A DNA stretch of 64,000 nt, from positions 2,170,001-2,234,000 of the forward strand of contig OZ281499.1 of the NCBI GenBank assembly GCA_965637545.1, in the 5' to 3' direction. Position 1 is the first letter of the stretch, and every line of letters begins with the position of its first letter. Shown here one piece after another: positions 36,125 through 51,500 of the stretch. The DNA is from Phallusia mammillata. Taxonomy: Eukaryota. Below the pieces are notes generated by a model. It was not told where the DNA came from. It saw only the letters and a program-made list of their open reading frames with translations, and did not search any database. Both the position numbers and the translations under genes were made by a program.

Positions 36125-38719
36125 GTCTAGCGTAAAGAGGTCTTCCTTAGGCCCAAAAACATGCGCCCCGTTCTAGGAAAACACTTCAAGTGATGAAACA
36201 GCGACAGAATGAAATCTCTTGCCCCGATAAAGTTATGTCACCCTACTTTTTGTAACAACTTATTTCCATTACAAATTTTCTACGCTATCACAATAAAACC
36301 CTGCACGATTTATTGCTAAAAAAATCCCTTCACGCAGATAGTGACGTCCCACATCCGGGATACTTGATCGCGACCAATCAGAGCGCAGCATGGCGGACAG
36401 CAACGAACAATTCCTCGTCTTCAAACAAGACACTGATGCCGCGAGGTGCAATATTTAGGAGACGCCTGTCAGCTGTGTTTAGCGTAGGAAGGGCAAAGAG
36501 ACCACACAACCGAACGCGATTTTATCGATAAGACCAGCGGGTTGATACGTAGAAGACAAGGCATCCCTAATCACGTTATGAAAGGCGTACGTGATTTACC
36601 ACGTTTTCACACAACTTCTCTTGGGGTTAAATTATATGCTTTAGATTGGGTTCAGATTGACGCCATTGTTTACAGTACAGTCGCCCTGTGAAGTGACCTC
36701 TATTGCTAAAACCCCTCTTAGGTTCACCGTAGAGTGCCTTTGCGGCATGTAATTGCGAAATAACGTGATGCAATTGATGTAATCCGCTGCTAATAAAATG
36801 GCTCCATTAAGTTCGTTTACTTTCATGGACGCTACTCTCTTCGTCTTGGTGGAAATGGCCTCTTTGGTTCGCCAGATAGAGCTGCGAGGGCGTGAAATTG
36901 AAAAATTGCGTTTGATGCAGGCAACGACTGAGGGAATTGGGTGCGTAAATACTTGCGTGTTTTGGGTTGGTAAAATGAAATTTCGTTTCGGTAACGGTTT
37001 AATTTGATTTTTGCATATTACTGGGCACGCGAACCCACGAAAAATAGGTGCTACCGAATTTAAAAACCAAAAAGGTTCTGCCAAATGCAACCAACGATGC
37101 AACGATACCACCCATTTTTTTGGCTAGGTAACAATATGCAAATAATTTCGGGCAGGGTGTTACGGCAGTTTTTGCAACGTTTTTTGAGAAGTGCAAATTC
37201 TAAACTTAAATTGTAAAACCTCTTAATTTTTTATGATGTTAATCACTAATAACACTTGGTAATTGGTAAATTTTTAGCCCAATGGTGCAAAGTTGAGTAA
37301 AATGCTCGTTTTTGTTAAACAACTTGTAACACTTGTCGTGTTAACTTAAAAAGCGAGTTAATAATTCTAATATATTCCTGTTAAAACACTGAACGTCCAG
37401 CCATTTACCTAACTTGCTTCATTGCTTAAACCCGTACACCAATGTTTGTGTTATGTGCCGATAACTGGGCTTGTCTGTTGGGAATCGTTCGCCCTTCAAC
37501 ACGTTTCTGTAACCACGAGCCGCTAACAGTTGATTTATTTGGAAAGCATGACCTTCGAAAGGCCCGATTTCGATGGAATGATAATATCTGCAGATTCACG
37601 ATTGTTGCGCATCAAATCCCAGTTTGAAAACGACGTAGATCTGTCAATGTACTTTCCGTGGCTGTAAAGTATTAAGTGTAATAATTCATAAATCAGGGAT
37701 TAAACAGTTAACGTTAGGTGCCTCCAAGTCTCAGTTAACATGCTTTATGCCCAAACTCGTTTGCGAGCAAATGCATTCAACCGCAACGAAGTTGTTCAAA
37801 TTGACGTAAATTTTGCTTCACAAACGCACACATAATGTATGAACTAAGAGAAAGTTTGGATAAAGTCAAAACGTTACAGAATGTCAAATTGTTTTTGGCA
37901 ACCCGAAAACGGTAATCAATTGCCCTTTAATAAAAGACCACAAAAAGGATGGTTTGTTTACCAGAACCTGTTAAACCCGAAATGCTTTTTAATTAACGTT
38001 CATCGAGATTAAGACAGACGACCGTTCCCTAAAATCTGAACCCTTCCCTTAGGCGAGTTGTGTAATGAACCGCATTTGGCGCAGATACAAAGCCCATTGA
38101 AAACAAGCCCCCAAGCTCATTGCCTATTCTTAGTGGTGACTCGTTTTCCGCAAACCTAACAAACATCTAAACACCGCAATATCGCCCCTTTAACATGCGG
38201 TTTGAGCGCTGCACAGACCACATAGATTATCTCCCATCAGTGCACAGAGTCCATCCATTCCTGGAAACTCCGTACACCTCAGAAACGTGGTCTTTTGGTT
38301 TGGGCGGATGATGGCAGCGTATCTGGGCTCACGTCAGTACATAGAGCTGCGTTTGTGTGTGTGTGTGCATGTAAGGGATGAAGAAGGCGATTGTCTGGTT
38401 GCTGTTGTTGTGCTTTGGCAGTTGTGACAAAGATCTGTTTTGTACGGCTTTCCTAACAGCGGTTTCGGTATCGGTATCGGTTGGATCAAACTGTGTTTAG
38501 GATCACATCCGCTGGTAATTGCTTATTAGGGCTTGTCATATCTGCCAGGCCTCGTGTTTATACGCGGTTAAGCACACGCACATAGGTTTGATTGTGTATA
38601 GATTGCCCTAAATGCGTCGCTTAAAGTCGGTTTAAGTCAGCAACACTCGACAAGATAAACGTTTAAGCTATAAGTGTTCCTATGTAATAACGTCACTTAC
38701 AGTGTTTCGTTTTATCGCG

Positions 38720-38995
38720 ATATGCCTGAACGAGTGGTTAGTGTAAATCATGGATTCTAATCCTATCCCTTTTGCTTGCGTTTTCCTGAGCAAGAATCTT
38801 AAGCAACATTGCTCCAACCCAGTGGTTCCCGATGGGTTGAACTAAATTGAAGTCACCAACTGCCTAAAATCGAAAAATTCAAATAAAAAATGATTCAGAG
38901 GTTGCAATAAAACAGGCAGCTCGATGGCGGACTCATTGTGAGCATAACACATTCAAGGGTAGCCCACCCACCAAGGATAACAATGTAACAAAGAA
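38720..38995 (+). mobile_element. Cics-like (ascidian-type) SINE
   Basis: Degenerate A/B boxes then CCTGAGCAAGAATCTTAAGCAACATTGCTCCAACCCAGTGG...ATGGGTTG, resembling the Ciona Cics SINE core as recalled. Confidence 0.6.
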
Positions 38996-39499
38996 ACTAA
39001 CAAACAATATTTGTTTTTGTAGTGTAGAAAACGATCTGTTTGGTCACTCTAAATTTTGCGTACGCTGTACATGAACACGCCCTGCTAATTCTTGCTGCCA
39101 TACCGCCGTGCCAGCAGACTATACCAAGGGCTCAACGGCCGGTGGCACCACATGGCGTCTGCATCATCTTACGATAACATTCCTTGTCAGCGTTTAGCGG
39201 ATTAACTCATTTGTTGCACTCGAGTCCGTCAAACCCCGCTTTACAACTTTCCCGCTTTGATTATGACGAACTGAATCCAAATAGGCTTCAAGAAGACATT
39301 AAGCCCCCATCGTCCCAATAACTAGGGGTCCCAGCGACAGGGGTGCGTCTGTAGTTACCCAAGGTCCCCACTATCGCGAGCAGAAATCACCCACTTAGTT
39401 AAACATGTGTTGATGCCCAAAACAATCAGTTGAAGGTTTGCACAGGGATTAATGCACAGTTGAACTCTGACTTTGCAGACCACCACTTTTTCAACACAG

Positions 39500-39584
39500 A
39501 CCTCGGAATAGGAATTTTGATTGGACTCGCCGTCGGAACTTGTCTCCTCTTCGCCTTTCTGTCTTTCAAATGCTGCAAAAAGAG
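39500..39584 (+). CDS. TM exon of adaptor-like gene: (D)LGIGILIGLAVGTCLLFAFLSFKCCKK(R)
   Basis: Acceptor tttttcaacacAG, donor GTATGT; phase 1 to 2; hydrophobic helix then CC and basic cluster. Confidence 0.85.
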
Positions 39585-42500
39585 GTATGTTATAGTGGCT
39601 CTTGTCTCATTTTTAAAGCGTACATCGCAGTTTCACCAAAATATCCGTAAAATACTTAATTCCATTTGAATAAGGTACTGTTGGGGCTATTAAGGCGAAA
39701 TGTATTTATCTCATAATCTTAAGGACAAATGACTCGATGTTCTTCATGAACTTACATCTACTAATTCTATTTGTAAACGATTGACTGACAGAATGATATT
39801 CTGTATACGACATAGGAGGGATAGATTCAATGCAAAATTCTGATACACTCAAGATTTTTACCTAACAAAATTGCAATGTAAATCCCCTTTTTACCTCTCT
39901 TTGACGAAAAAATGTCATATGAGTTTTGAACTGTGTTTGAAAATAATTACAAACAAATCGTCCCTTTTCAGCAATCAAGTATTTTGTTGACGAACTCATT
40001 TCCTTTTAAACTTTTTGCCTCGGAAAATAAGAATAGATTGCATTTGCGGGCTTGGTATGTTTACGCAAAATACTGAAGTTTAATGTCAAACCCAGAAGCA
40101 GCTGCACCTTATCGATCGTCATGGCTGACTCCTCAAACCGTCGATTCCTCTATAACCTTGTAGTTTCAATTAATAAGGGCGGGTGCTATACTTGGGTGCA
40201 GTGTGGTGTAAACGGTGGTTAGAGTGTTTGTAGTTTATACTTTATGCTGTGGTTTGTGGAGTAAACTAATAACTTATCCAGACTTTTGCTGCCAGGGGTG
40301 CGACAGAAACCCAATAAAGTTCCTCTGACAAATGTACTTTTTACACCAACTTTATGGTCAAGCCGTTTTAAATAGGGTAAAGGCCCTAAAATTTTCAAAC
40401 AATTATGTACTTTTCGAGTTCAATTCTTGATATTTTTGAATTTTTGTTCGAATTTCGTGTACATCTGCACACAAATTTGTATAAAATCTAATCCGCCTAT
40501 GAGGTTGCTTCCGCTAATTTGACTTGCATCACAGCAAATTTACCTTTGGTCACAGCCAATTTAACTGACGTCATGGGCCTCACAACAAGGCCTCTTTCAA
40601 AATAATGCTAATCCCCACTTACGATTATGTCAAAGTGTCTCACGCATGTTTCACTCACTTCATCGCCACTACTCGTTGTGCATTCCAAAATGAACTCTCA
40701 CTCCTAATTAGCAATGCTTTGAGCGTTCCTAAACCCGCCAGCAATAACAACACATAAGTTAACACAACGGGTTTTCGCCTGTCAACTGGTGACGATTCGA
40801 ATGCTTTGTTGTTGTTGTTTGCTTTGGCTTGTCGTCTTGTTTGTCAACAGTGACTATAGTGATGTCTACCTGTTGCATTTTTTCTGCTACTGTCAGCGGT
40901 CTTGTCTTGATTATGTTGTATTGTGGAGGTGAAATCATGTTTGTTGGTTTAGGACTTTAGGCTGACTTCTGTAAAGTCTTAATTAACTAGTTTCGGCGCA
41001 TTTGTGTAGGCTCTGCTATTTGTGGCATTTTTGACAGATTTGTCCGCTTATATGTGACTAATTCAAACGATTACTTTTCTTATACAACCAAATATCCCTG
41101 TTTAAGGAGTAGGTATATATGATGTTTTATATTAACAGTCTTTGTTTTATATAGAAACCCCAAAGCTGCATTACGTGGTATACTGTTGTTCATACTTATA
41201 GCTATATACAATATCTCATCCGTAAGCCGCAATGTAATTACTGTTAAAAATTATGGTTTAGGTAAGGTGTTTTCTTAAAAATCAACAACATATACATCAG
41301 AGATACCAATAAACTTGTCTGTTTGGTCGTAGCATACATTTGTTAAGGTTTAGCAGAAAACAATTTTAACAGAAGAATAGAGCAAATATCAGAGTACAAG
41401 ATTTCTCAAAATTTCTGATCAAAACAAGTTACAAATATAAAGTTCAATGGTTTCCTTCGCGGAACGGCTGGATCAGGCAACGTAGCATTACGTCAAACCG
41501 CATGTTACGCACACAAACCTGCAAAACAACCTTCTGTTGCGACGTAATGCAGATGTTCGATGCAAATTCTGCACAGCATCTTAATCTATGACGTCAACCG
41601 CCTGAACGTAAGGCGAGGTTGGCTTCGTTGACTCATCATTCGAAACCGCTGACCTCTCGTTTGTTCGTCTGTTTGTAAACAGAGGTAAAAAGGCTTTAGT
41701 GCATTGTATACCTTGTCAGACCGCACATGCACACCGCCCGCACCACTACAGCGGGTTATCAAGGAAGCTTAGTGCAACCAACCGCGTCGAATAGGGTTTA
41801 AATTTGCCCCAGACAGTTAACCACTATCTATAAAATTGACCCAAGTGCTTTATATCAAATTGTATGTATTTCAGTTTTGTTTAAAAGACTGTGCATGCAT
41901 CGTCAAATAAAATACGGCTTCTGTTTTCAGGTTTTTTATTGATGTACTTGTTTGATTTTAAAACCGAGCCCATTAATGCAAATCAGTATTTCGTTTTGTC
42001 TTGAAGTTATAGGTTGTAAAACTTACATCACAACATTGAAATTGTGGAAATAGCTAAAAATGTCTTAATGATAAAACAATATCATTTATGGTGGCAATAA
42101 ATTAGCCTTGAAAAATAGCCCGATTCGCAACAGTACAATTGAGCAACTGCCTTGCCAAACAGCAATGTGTGTAATACCGCTCAGTGTTGGGCGTTTTTCT
42201 GTTTATGTTCCTCTTTTGCCAGAGCTTAAGCAATTGCTAATAAACGTTTAATGACGTGTATCCAGTTGATACTCCTAGGCCCAAATGTGGAAAAATATAG
42301 TTTTGTATGGGTAAAGGTTAACTGGGCCAGAAAAAAATAACTTTTCAGCCACGCAATCCAATTAGGCCAGTTTTTTAAGCCAGATATCCAGCAAAAACGT
42401 TATTTTTAATGCATGGCTGCCAATACAGATATTTCAATGTATAAGCACGGCGGCTGTACGACTGTAGGTTGTGCACTATGGTTTAAAATATTTTTCATAT

Positions 42501-45500
42501 TTACATGGTCGAAGCCATAAACAGAACGTCAATATTACGTCAAGACTCCACGTCAATTGGAACGATTTAGTGTAGTTTGTCAATCATTGTAGAAAAAAGG
42601 GTGTAACGCAGTTAAGGGCCACTAATTTAAAGTGGCAGGCAAAACATGATGCAATACTAAAGGTTACTTAAATTAGGATGAACCCAAATGACTTTAACCC
42701 TTCCTCAAATTGGTCAGGGTTTCTCAAAAATTCGGACAACAAAATAAATGATTCATTCTTACCGGCGTTGCACTTTCTAACGAGATATTTATATCACTGT
42801 CGTCATGTATTCACTATGCTAACTGTTTATTTAATGGGCTGTGCTCCTATAACGTCAAACCGCTGTTTTTTTTTCAAATAAGCATCTTTCGCAATTTTGG
42901 TTTAAAATAATTGTTCTGATTCACCAACGGAATGCTACTTCGTGTATTTTAATCTTCGTCGATAAAAGATTAAATTTTTATCTATTGTTTCTACCGAAAC
43001 TGACGTGGTCGATTGTTGTGTAAACACCAAAATGAATGCCGGAAAGTTTTGTGAATAGAATATTTATCATGTCGTGGTCTATGAATAATCATAGCTATCC
43101 GTCCCTACAAGTTTGTTGACCCTACATAGCCTTAAAAACCGATTGTCATCATGAATTATTTTCCCTGTTTTGCCCCGTGGTTATAAGGTATTAAATAATT
43201 TCAATTTCAGCCTGTTTTTTTTATCTGATAAACGTTTGTCCTTACGTTTTTTTTTTGATGATTGATTAGCACATGCAAGTCGTATTACTTCAATCCAAAA
43301 CTCAATATACCCTTGGCCAAACAGAATCAGTCGGTTTGCTATTTTTATGCACGAAATATATATTTTTGAGATTGTATAGGGTTGGTATTTGTGTAATATG
43401 TTTCATGGAGATGACATGTTACTTAAACATGGTTATTTACCAAAGAAATGATTTAGAAACCAATTTTTATGTAATTATAAGTTCTGAGCATTCGAACACA
43501 CCCAAAATTCGGGAGATTTTTAAGTATTGGTTGGTTTTGCTTCTGTTACATAAACACTACAGTATGCGATTAACCTAATTCGTCTGTTTTTCAAAGTAAC
43601 TTTGCACATTTTACGCTTTAAAGTAAATGTTAAAGTTGTTTCAAAAAAAGGCAATCGCAAACTTGACAGTTCTGAAGTGCGTTTTCTCCAAGCCATTGAT
43701 CTTCAATCGCTTTTGCAGCCACCAGGGCATAAAGTTCAAGTATAATCCAACCTAACCTATTTAAATACGCTCAGCTGCCTTCCAAACTGCCTGAAAGTAT
43801 TTGGTTGTGAAGATCATGGCTCGGGAACGGGATATTTGCCAAATTTGCTCGTTAGCTTTACATCATAAAGAATTCTAACCAACTGTGGATGCTGTTTTGT
43901 AAACTACACAAAGCCTTTAAATCTTTGGTTATGAGAAAATTTGTTAATAAAAAAATACCACATGTGTAGCAATCTATAGTGCCGAAAAACTGCATAAAAA
44001 TGCGGCAATACATTATAACCCACTGTGGTGATATGTACATTGGCTCACAAGTTTCTAACAAAATCACCAAAAACAGTTTGTAAAAACTAATCATTTCACA
44101 ATCATTAGTGTCAAATAACTGCATGGTGATATATTATTTGGCACAGTAATTTTCCAGAGCATTTTCGCATGACTACTTCCCACAATGAACCACATTTTGT
44201 GGCGAAAAAGTGACTTTGCAGATTTTAATTTGGTTGTTCAACGTACAATGTCCCATGAGTTCAACGTAAGTGTCCGATATGTTGATATAAATTGCAAATT
44301 TTCTCAATAAATCATCAGATTCTTGTTCCTGGCTGCACACCCACAAAATAATTCGTCGAATAGGTTGCGCATAATCCGCCATGTGATAATGGTATTGGTG
44401 ATTTTGCAGTCACCACTTAAATAAAGTTAAAGTTTTTTAAATAAACGCAAAAATTCCGAACATACATGCCGTAAGCTCTAAAACTGGACTTAATTCAAAC
44501 GTAAACAATTCCACTTCCCAGCATTTTATATCGATCTATTACGTCACCATGGCCACAGTGACGTCATAGTGAACCTGTGGATTGAGCTAGTGGAGATGTT
44601 CTGTGTATGTTTGTTGTCAGTCAGATGTAATCTTACTTTTAAGGCTTTGCGGGGGTTGAATTTGATTTGGAACTTGGCTCGCGTTTTACTCGACAGCTGT
44701 GCCTCCCGCCTCGATGTTTGTATGCATGTTTTTTGCGCAATAAAATCCAGCCAATCAACTTAATCCAGTCTGCTTTAAAAGTGTATCACGTAAAAACATG
44801 CCTTTTTTAGAAGTTGAAATAAATAGAGTCCGTGGGGGGGGGGGGGGGGCATGAAAATTAAGGTTCGAAATTGAAATGTGCAATTACGTTTCAATTTTGT
44901 TACTTTACAGCCAAAATAATGCAGCAGTTTGCAGAGTATGCTCTCAAATTTCTGACACAAAAAGGGCTCATGTAAGTATGACTAGAGTTCAAAAGAGGTC
45001 AATATAATGTCTCGCATGCACCAGCATACCTTTCCTCAACATGGTATTTGCGTATTAAAGATACAATAAACCTCGGTTAATCCGGACCCGTTTGAACCAA
45101 ACGATTTGTCCGAACTAGGCGAAGATCCGGATTAACCGATGCCGATTAGTTAAAGCCTTACCACATTACAAATCAATTGTACCTCCAATTTTGTCGGAAT
45201 TGGGCGAAGATCCGGATTAACCGAATCCGGTCGAACCGAGGTTTACTTTTTTTGTTTGGGTAGATTTTATTTCTTACAACCAAATGCACAACAACAGAAA
45301 ATAACTTCTAACTACAATTCCAGAATCGCCAAACGTCGCATGAAAAACTTCCAGCAATCGCACAAGAAGAAAAAAAGAGACGACAAAATCGAATTGTGCG
45401 TCACAGATGACCCTGATGACGTCATAAAGGAAGAAGTCGAACGTCCCGCGACGGCGAAATCGGTGCCCTTGCCCGACAGGAACCGTCGCAGCGGCCGTGA

Positions 45501-48500
45501 TAATAACGGGAAAACCACCGAACCACAAGGCCGCGCGACAAGTCACGGAAAATCCTCGCCCCCTAGGTCTTTGTCTTCGGGCAAAAGCTGTGCAACTGTG
45601 CTTGAAAATCTCACTTACGACGACATTGTTACTTCGGTTAAAGGTGAGTCACTCATGTGCAGACGTGATGTGTACCACGTGTGTTGGGGTGGAGATTTAG
45701 GGGCACGATTTTTTTCTATTTGAACAAGTAAATCCCTGTTGAGTTGCTTTTTTTATAGACACTGACGATGCTTGTGGAAATGTATGTGACAGATTTTAAC
45801 ATGCAAATGAACTTTTTAAAGGGGATTTAGTGGCACGTCTTTTTTTCTATTTGAATGAGTAAATCTTTTTTGTTGTGATTTTTTATAGCCACTGGCGATG
45901 CTTTTGCATTAGAATATGTTTGTCTACAGATTTTATTCTGCAAATGAACTTTTTAAAGTGGATTTAGTGGCACGTTTTTTTTTTCTATTTGATTAAGTAA
46001 AACCCTTTTATAATAGACACTGAAGATGCTTTTTCTTGCAAGTATATTTCTCTACATATTTAACCTGCAAATAAACTTTTCCAAGCCTGCGGTTTAAATA
46101 AGTAATACACAAAATTTCGAAACGTTGCATTAGTATCCTCGCTGTAGTTTTAAACTCAAACAGGGCCAACGATATCTTTGTGCATTAACCCATGATGTAC
46201 TTTTGCAGTCAAATTTTATTTTGGTTTTGAATTGATCCAAATTTTTGCAGCGTCCTACTGAAACGCGAATAAATAATATATCTGTGAATAAGAAACCGAG
46301 GAATGACCTCTAGGAAATTGACCTTCAAATCAGTATGAAGCGACAGCAACCTGGCAATGTTACGCATCAAAATTTTCAAAAAAATTCAGACCAATTGAAA
46401 TTGTTTTCGGCCGGTTATTTGAACTTTCGCTAACTACCTCATATCCCCTTGATGGAAACCTCACTAAAGTCTAGAAATTTTACGTGTGATCCTTATCACT
46501 AAGGATACTGGTTAGCCAGTCTGTAACGTGCGTCGTTTCACCGGACATATAAAAACAACATTTATTTAATGTCTGCGAGCCCGGGTTTCCGAAATATATT
46601 TTACGGCAAAACGTCGCCCCCGTAGACAACAACACTTTTTCGGGTTCAACCTGCAGCCGTCTATGATTCGCATTGAAACTGTCTGCAACTTTTTTCCCCA
46701 ACAGTTGACATCAACCATAGAGAAAAGGACAACAAGAATGTTCGCGTCGCCCCCCAACGCCAACCGGAAGCTGTCTATGACGTAGGAGATACGTCACCAA
46801 CCGCTGTAGAGTATATGAACGTCGGAAGCAAGTTCACACGACCCAGACAGTAGGTTGTTTTTCACTCTTATTGTTGTATTTAGGTTTTTATTTGCTTCTT
46901 TCAAACAATGTGCTTTACTATTGTACCATTAACACTTTTTATCTTTTTTTCCCAATCCTGTTTCCTAATTGATTCATGACGTCACCATGCCCATTATGAC
47001 GTCATAGGCTAAGCGGAGATGTTCTGCGTATGTTTGTCAGGTGCATTAACACTTTTTATCTGCTTTCAAATCCAGTTTTTGTAAACTTGCAAGGAGTTTA
47101 TGTGGTGCGGTTCGAATGTTTTGCAACTAAAAGTGGCAGATACGAGATTAGAACCAGCAACCTTTCAATAACATCTGCACCAACCGGTCATCTTACCCGC
47201 TTATGTCTTTTTTACCCACGAAACTTGATATCAATAGTCCATGCCCCTAATGTACAGAGATATCGTATCTTGGTTTTAAGGGCTTGGGTGACCCTAAAAA
47301 GGCTGTTTTGTTTCGTTTTTTTTTTTGCCCGCAAAACCCAGGTGTGATGAAACTTATTGCTGATGGCATTTGAGTTTCCTATTTTCTAGTTTTGTAAAAG
47401 ATTGTTATTGTCGATTTTTTTTAGAGCAGGTTCATATTAAGTCACTGGTTGCTTGTGCAGCAAAACGCTTTCGCTAGAGCCATAAACTGTATGAAGCAAT
47501 TCCTTAAAGTGAATAAAACCTCTCAAAACGCTATGTAAAGGTCTAGTTTATTTTCTGTTGGTTGTGTACGTTCAATACAAGTGCGGTGCAGTAGCTGATG
47601 AATTTCATAACCCTGCGGTCGCGATGTATTTAACGTCGGAAGGTTTGAACCTCAAAATTTGTTTTGAACATTTCGCGCGAAGATTGCTTGGTGCTCAGCG
47701 GAAAAACACAACGATTATTATTTCCTGTTGTTTCGATCACCACCACGCCGCAGTGGATTTGTTGCGTCCGGAGCGGCAGCGTATAGTGCAAAGCGACGCA
47801 GGATTTCCTGTTGTGGTTATCACCTGTAAATCTTATCATTCGTATCTGATTGAGAGTAAAGAGAAAATTTTGACCCTCAATTTTCAGACAAAAGTGAATA
47901 CGACACCATAACTTGCTATGTTAATGGGAACCAGAGTAAATTGCCTGTAACGAGGTCTTGGAAGTGACCAAGCATCTACTAAGCCTTTCAAAATTGCGAA
48001 TGGGGGACACAGAAACGGCTAATGGGTCATAAACTGGTTGACCATGACCTAATATGGACAATATATTATAGGTGTTCCGGCGCCTTAATCTCTATCTCGA
48101 GAAATTTATGAAAATTTTCGGGGACTTACGATGTCCCACGCATTTTGTGAAAATTCTCTTAACTGTCTCTGGGAGCAACGCGAGTGCCACGTGGTATTGT
48201 CATCTGTGGCGTCATAAGCGACTTAGCAAAAATTAGCTTTTCTCCGATATTCGTTTTATGGGGGTGGTAATGTCGTCTGAGAAAGTGGTGTTTTATGACA
48301 AATAGTCATGAGTTTCACTACGCGGACTTTGCACCAAAAAACAACAACAGTTTCTAGTACACATTTATAAAAAGTAGGTTTATTCCAGTCTACTCTATAT
48401 CTATATAGTACCTAGAATGTTATTTATATATTTTATATTTTAATAACATGACCAGACACATCACAGGTTTGAAAATTTCCAGTCTAAAATCAGTTAGCTA

Positions 48501-51500
48501 TCGTATGAAGAACAAATATATCTCTCTTATGCAAGGAAATGGGTTGCTAGGATATAAATAACTATTTTGTCTAACAACCATGAGTTTGAAAACGTACGGC
48601 AAAAACATGCAAATAAAAGCCATAAAATAACAGTTTTTTAAACCTAAAACCAATCAAGAAGTCTTTGTTGCTATCTAATCTTTGTAAGTTGCTTGCAACA
48701 TTATAGTTTTTGTCAAGTTATGATTTCCCCATTACTTGGAGCTTTCATGGACAAACTAATCCACGTTGGGCGTTTTTCACTAATCTCGTGACAGCATTGG
48801 ATTACCACAAGCGAAAGTTGTAACTTTACAAATTGCCTGAGGTTGTTTATATGGCACCAACTTGCTGGCGGGACGGAATGCGGTTGCTACCGTTTCAACT
48901 TGAAGAGGTCGCCCCGAATAATCCCGGTTTAAACCCTGGAAAAGCTTGTTAAAGGGCAAGTTTATGGTGCTGCTGGCTATAGAGGTTGATACACCCTTGT
49001 ATACGTGATACGGGCTCCAGACAGTATATAGTGAGCAACCAATTCTGTTATATCAATGGTTTCCAACGTTTTGGTTAGCACTGGACCACTTTAAAAATTG
49101 TAGTAGGTTTACGGACAGTCACGTAAAGTTAACGTAAAGCTCCATTTGAAAACTTTCTTTAAATGCTTGCATTCCCCCTGGAACCGCTCTACAGGCCCAA
49201 ATAGTAATAGGTACCTAAAATTTGGGACCACTGTGTTAGAGCAGCAATCTTAATTTGCAAAAACGTATACATTTATTAAGTTTAATTGATTGAAACAAGT
49301 TTATATGTTTTCAATTTTGACCCACCTGGTTTAGAAATATAAACCAATTCATAAACTGGCATCTAAATTTCTTGTCATGTCATAAAATAAACCGCCAAAC
49401 TAGACTCGTGTGCAAGTATAACGTAACAATGTCAGTCGTCAAGGCAATTGTCACGTGACTGATGATTCATTTTTCCACTGGCCACCCGCGTATTGTTCGA
49501 ATTATCGCGTAATATCGATGTTTCGGGGATCGGTATCGATTTCCGGGAGTATCGTGGCTGATTGTGATGATATAAGCTTGTTGTTTTTCCGGTGGCCAAT
49601 CGATCACAAACATTTTGACAGCTAGATTGTGAAACAACCTTTAAGTCTACAAACAACATCCTTATTCGGTGAAGTCAAATAAGTTTATACTCTGTGTGAA
49701 TTTATGTGAAGCTTTGTTTTTTTTCAGCTTCTGGGATTGTTTTTATAATCAACATTTTTCTACTCGAGACAAATCTTATCTTTGCTAGGATTAGACTCAA
49801 CTTAAAATCTAAACGTATTGTAGCAAAACAACTTTGAAGTCACATCCGTTATTATTATTTATATATTTTTTAAATGCTAAACCGACGTAAAAAACATTGG
49901 TATTGAGTAACAAGTTGATTACAATCCAGCCATTTATAACTTTTTGCAACGCAAAAGTATTATTTTATGCTTTAAGCAGTGACTTGAGACATTTTTTTTT
50001 CTTTGGGAAAACTCCTGCCAAATGAATGTGAATTTAGAAGAAGCTTTCAGGGTTCCCGGAAACTTACACAATATGCAAACTGAAAACCGTTTGTCAAAGT
50101 TGAAATTAAAGTTATGGCGTCGGAGTCTTTTTGCTGAACGTTTGTTCCAGTATATACGTAAAGTCAAAGAACTCAAGTATACAAATTAATCATCAGTGTA
50201 ACCATAACTCGGTGTACTAAATACCTCCCCTTACTTGATCTCAGCCATCAAAACAAACACTTCTGGTCTTTAATAACCTTTTTATGTCCCATTGTTACGT
50301 CCATAGTTGCGTCACAAAGAGCATCCGCTTCCCCCCGGAAATCATTCTTGGCATCCAGCCGGTAATAGCATCCGGATAAAATGGGCCGAGATGCATATAA
50401 ACCGACCATTACTGCAATTGAATGCGACTGCGGCCGTTATGAGGAAAGTTTTTTCGCAACAGGTGTATGTTTACTTGGAAAACCAGTGTTCTCTTAAATT
50501 AAAACATTTCCCAACCTTTTTGGCTAGCGAAAACCTTGACAAGACCAAAAAATATTGCGTCGTCCAGTGGCTGATTAACAAACGTTCTCAGCGAATACTG
50601 TATTCAACATTAATTAAATGAGTTGAGTTGGGTTTAATGACACTAAAAAAACTATAACAACCACCAAGCGGTAAATAGCTGCGCAACGCTGAAACGTTAT
50701 GGAGCGCGAAACAGTGAAGGGCACAATTGGTGGATAGCGGTACAACGCGCTGCAGCTACACTGTATTATAAAGCTGTATGTGACAGGAGCTCCAGAGTGT
50801 GAGTTTGGCGCACTGTGAGTATAACAATAGTTCACTGCAAGGAATTAGCGTAAAATATAGGTAAATAATATCGTAACTAATATTACCAAGGTGAATAAAC
50901 ACTTCAGCAGTGCTCGGCGGCACTCATGAAATATAAAAAATCCACCCTCTAGTTGAAACCAGCGCCTTATAATGTACAAATGCGTTTATGCACAGTTTTG
51001 TTGGATACAGCTTTCATGCACTGAGTCAAGTTCGTTTATCAGGTCGGCCCTGGTGTATTACGATCTGCGAATCGTGAGCGATAATCACAATCTACAACGC
51101 TTCCTGGTGTCCGATTAATGTGATAGGCCCCCAAAGTGCAAAACTGTGTCGTTTTAACGACCTTAGGCTGCTTGGGACTTATATATTGGTGCAGAGAAAC
51201 GTGTAGCGACTGGTGGTTTAACTATCGAAAAGAGGGCGTTTGAACTTCAGTAATTGTTCGGGCTAATTTTTTGTTTCAATTTTGGGGCAACAGCTTAGAT
51301 ATTTTCGTTTTTGGGAGAATTTAACTGTTTGTTTGTTCGTTTCGTTTTTAGAGCAGTTTCCAAACAAAGTTCCACTTACAATAAACTAAAAACCAATAGT
51401 GTTTGAGAAGCAAAGCGAAAAGCGATTTTAGCGTCGTTATGGTTACATGCGTTTTCTCGCTTTTTTGCAAATTCAACGAAACTGACAATCTTTTTGCGTT

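Noticed and set aside
36641-37111. 156-aa minus-strand ORF
   Set aside because: No domain, splice or composition support
38378-38500. Signal-peptide-like ORF MKKAIVWLLLLCFGSC...
   Set aside because: Hits a stop before the good donor and would need a weak GTACGG donor; kept only as a remote option for the adaptor N-terminus
44834-44849. G16 homopolymer
   Set aside because: Isolated simple repeat; length may be a sequencing artefact
47558-47911. THAP-like ICFEHF motif in a 117-aa ORF
   Set aside because: Lacks the N-terminal CxxxxC, the conserved W and the AVP motif; no phase-compatible role in the host gene
50647-50800. C-type-lectin-like fragment (…CATLK…HNWWIAVQR…)
   Set aside because: Resemblance too weak, no good acceptor, and not needed for the host gene's phase chain
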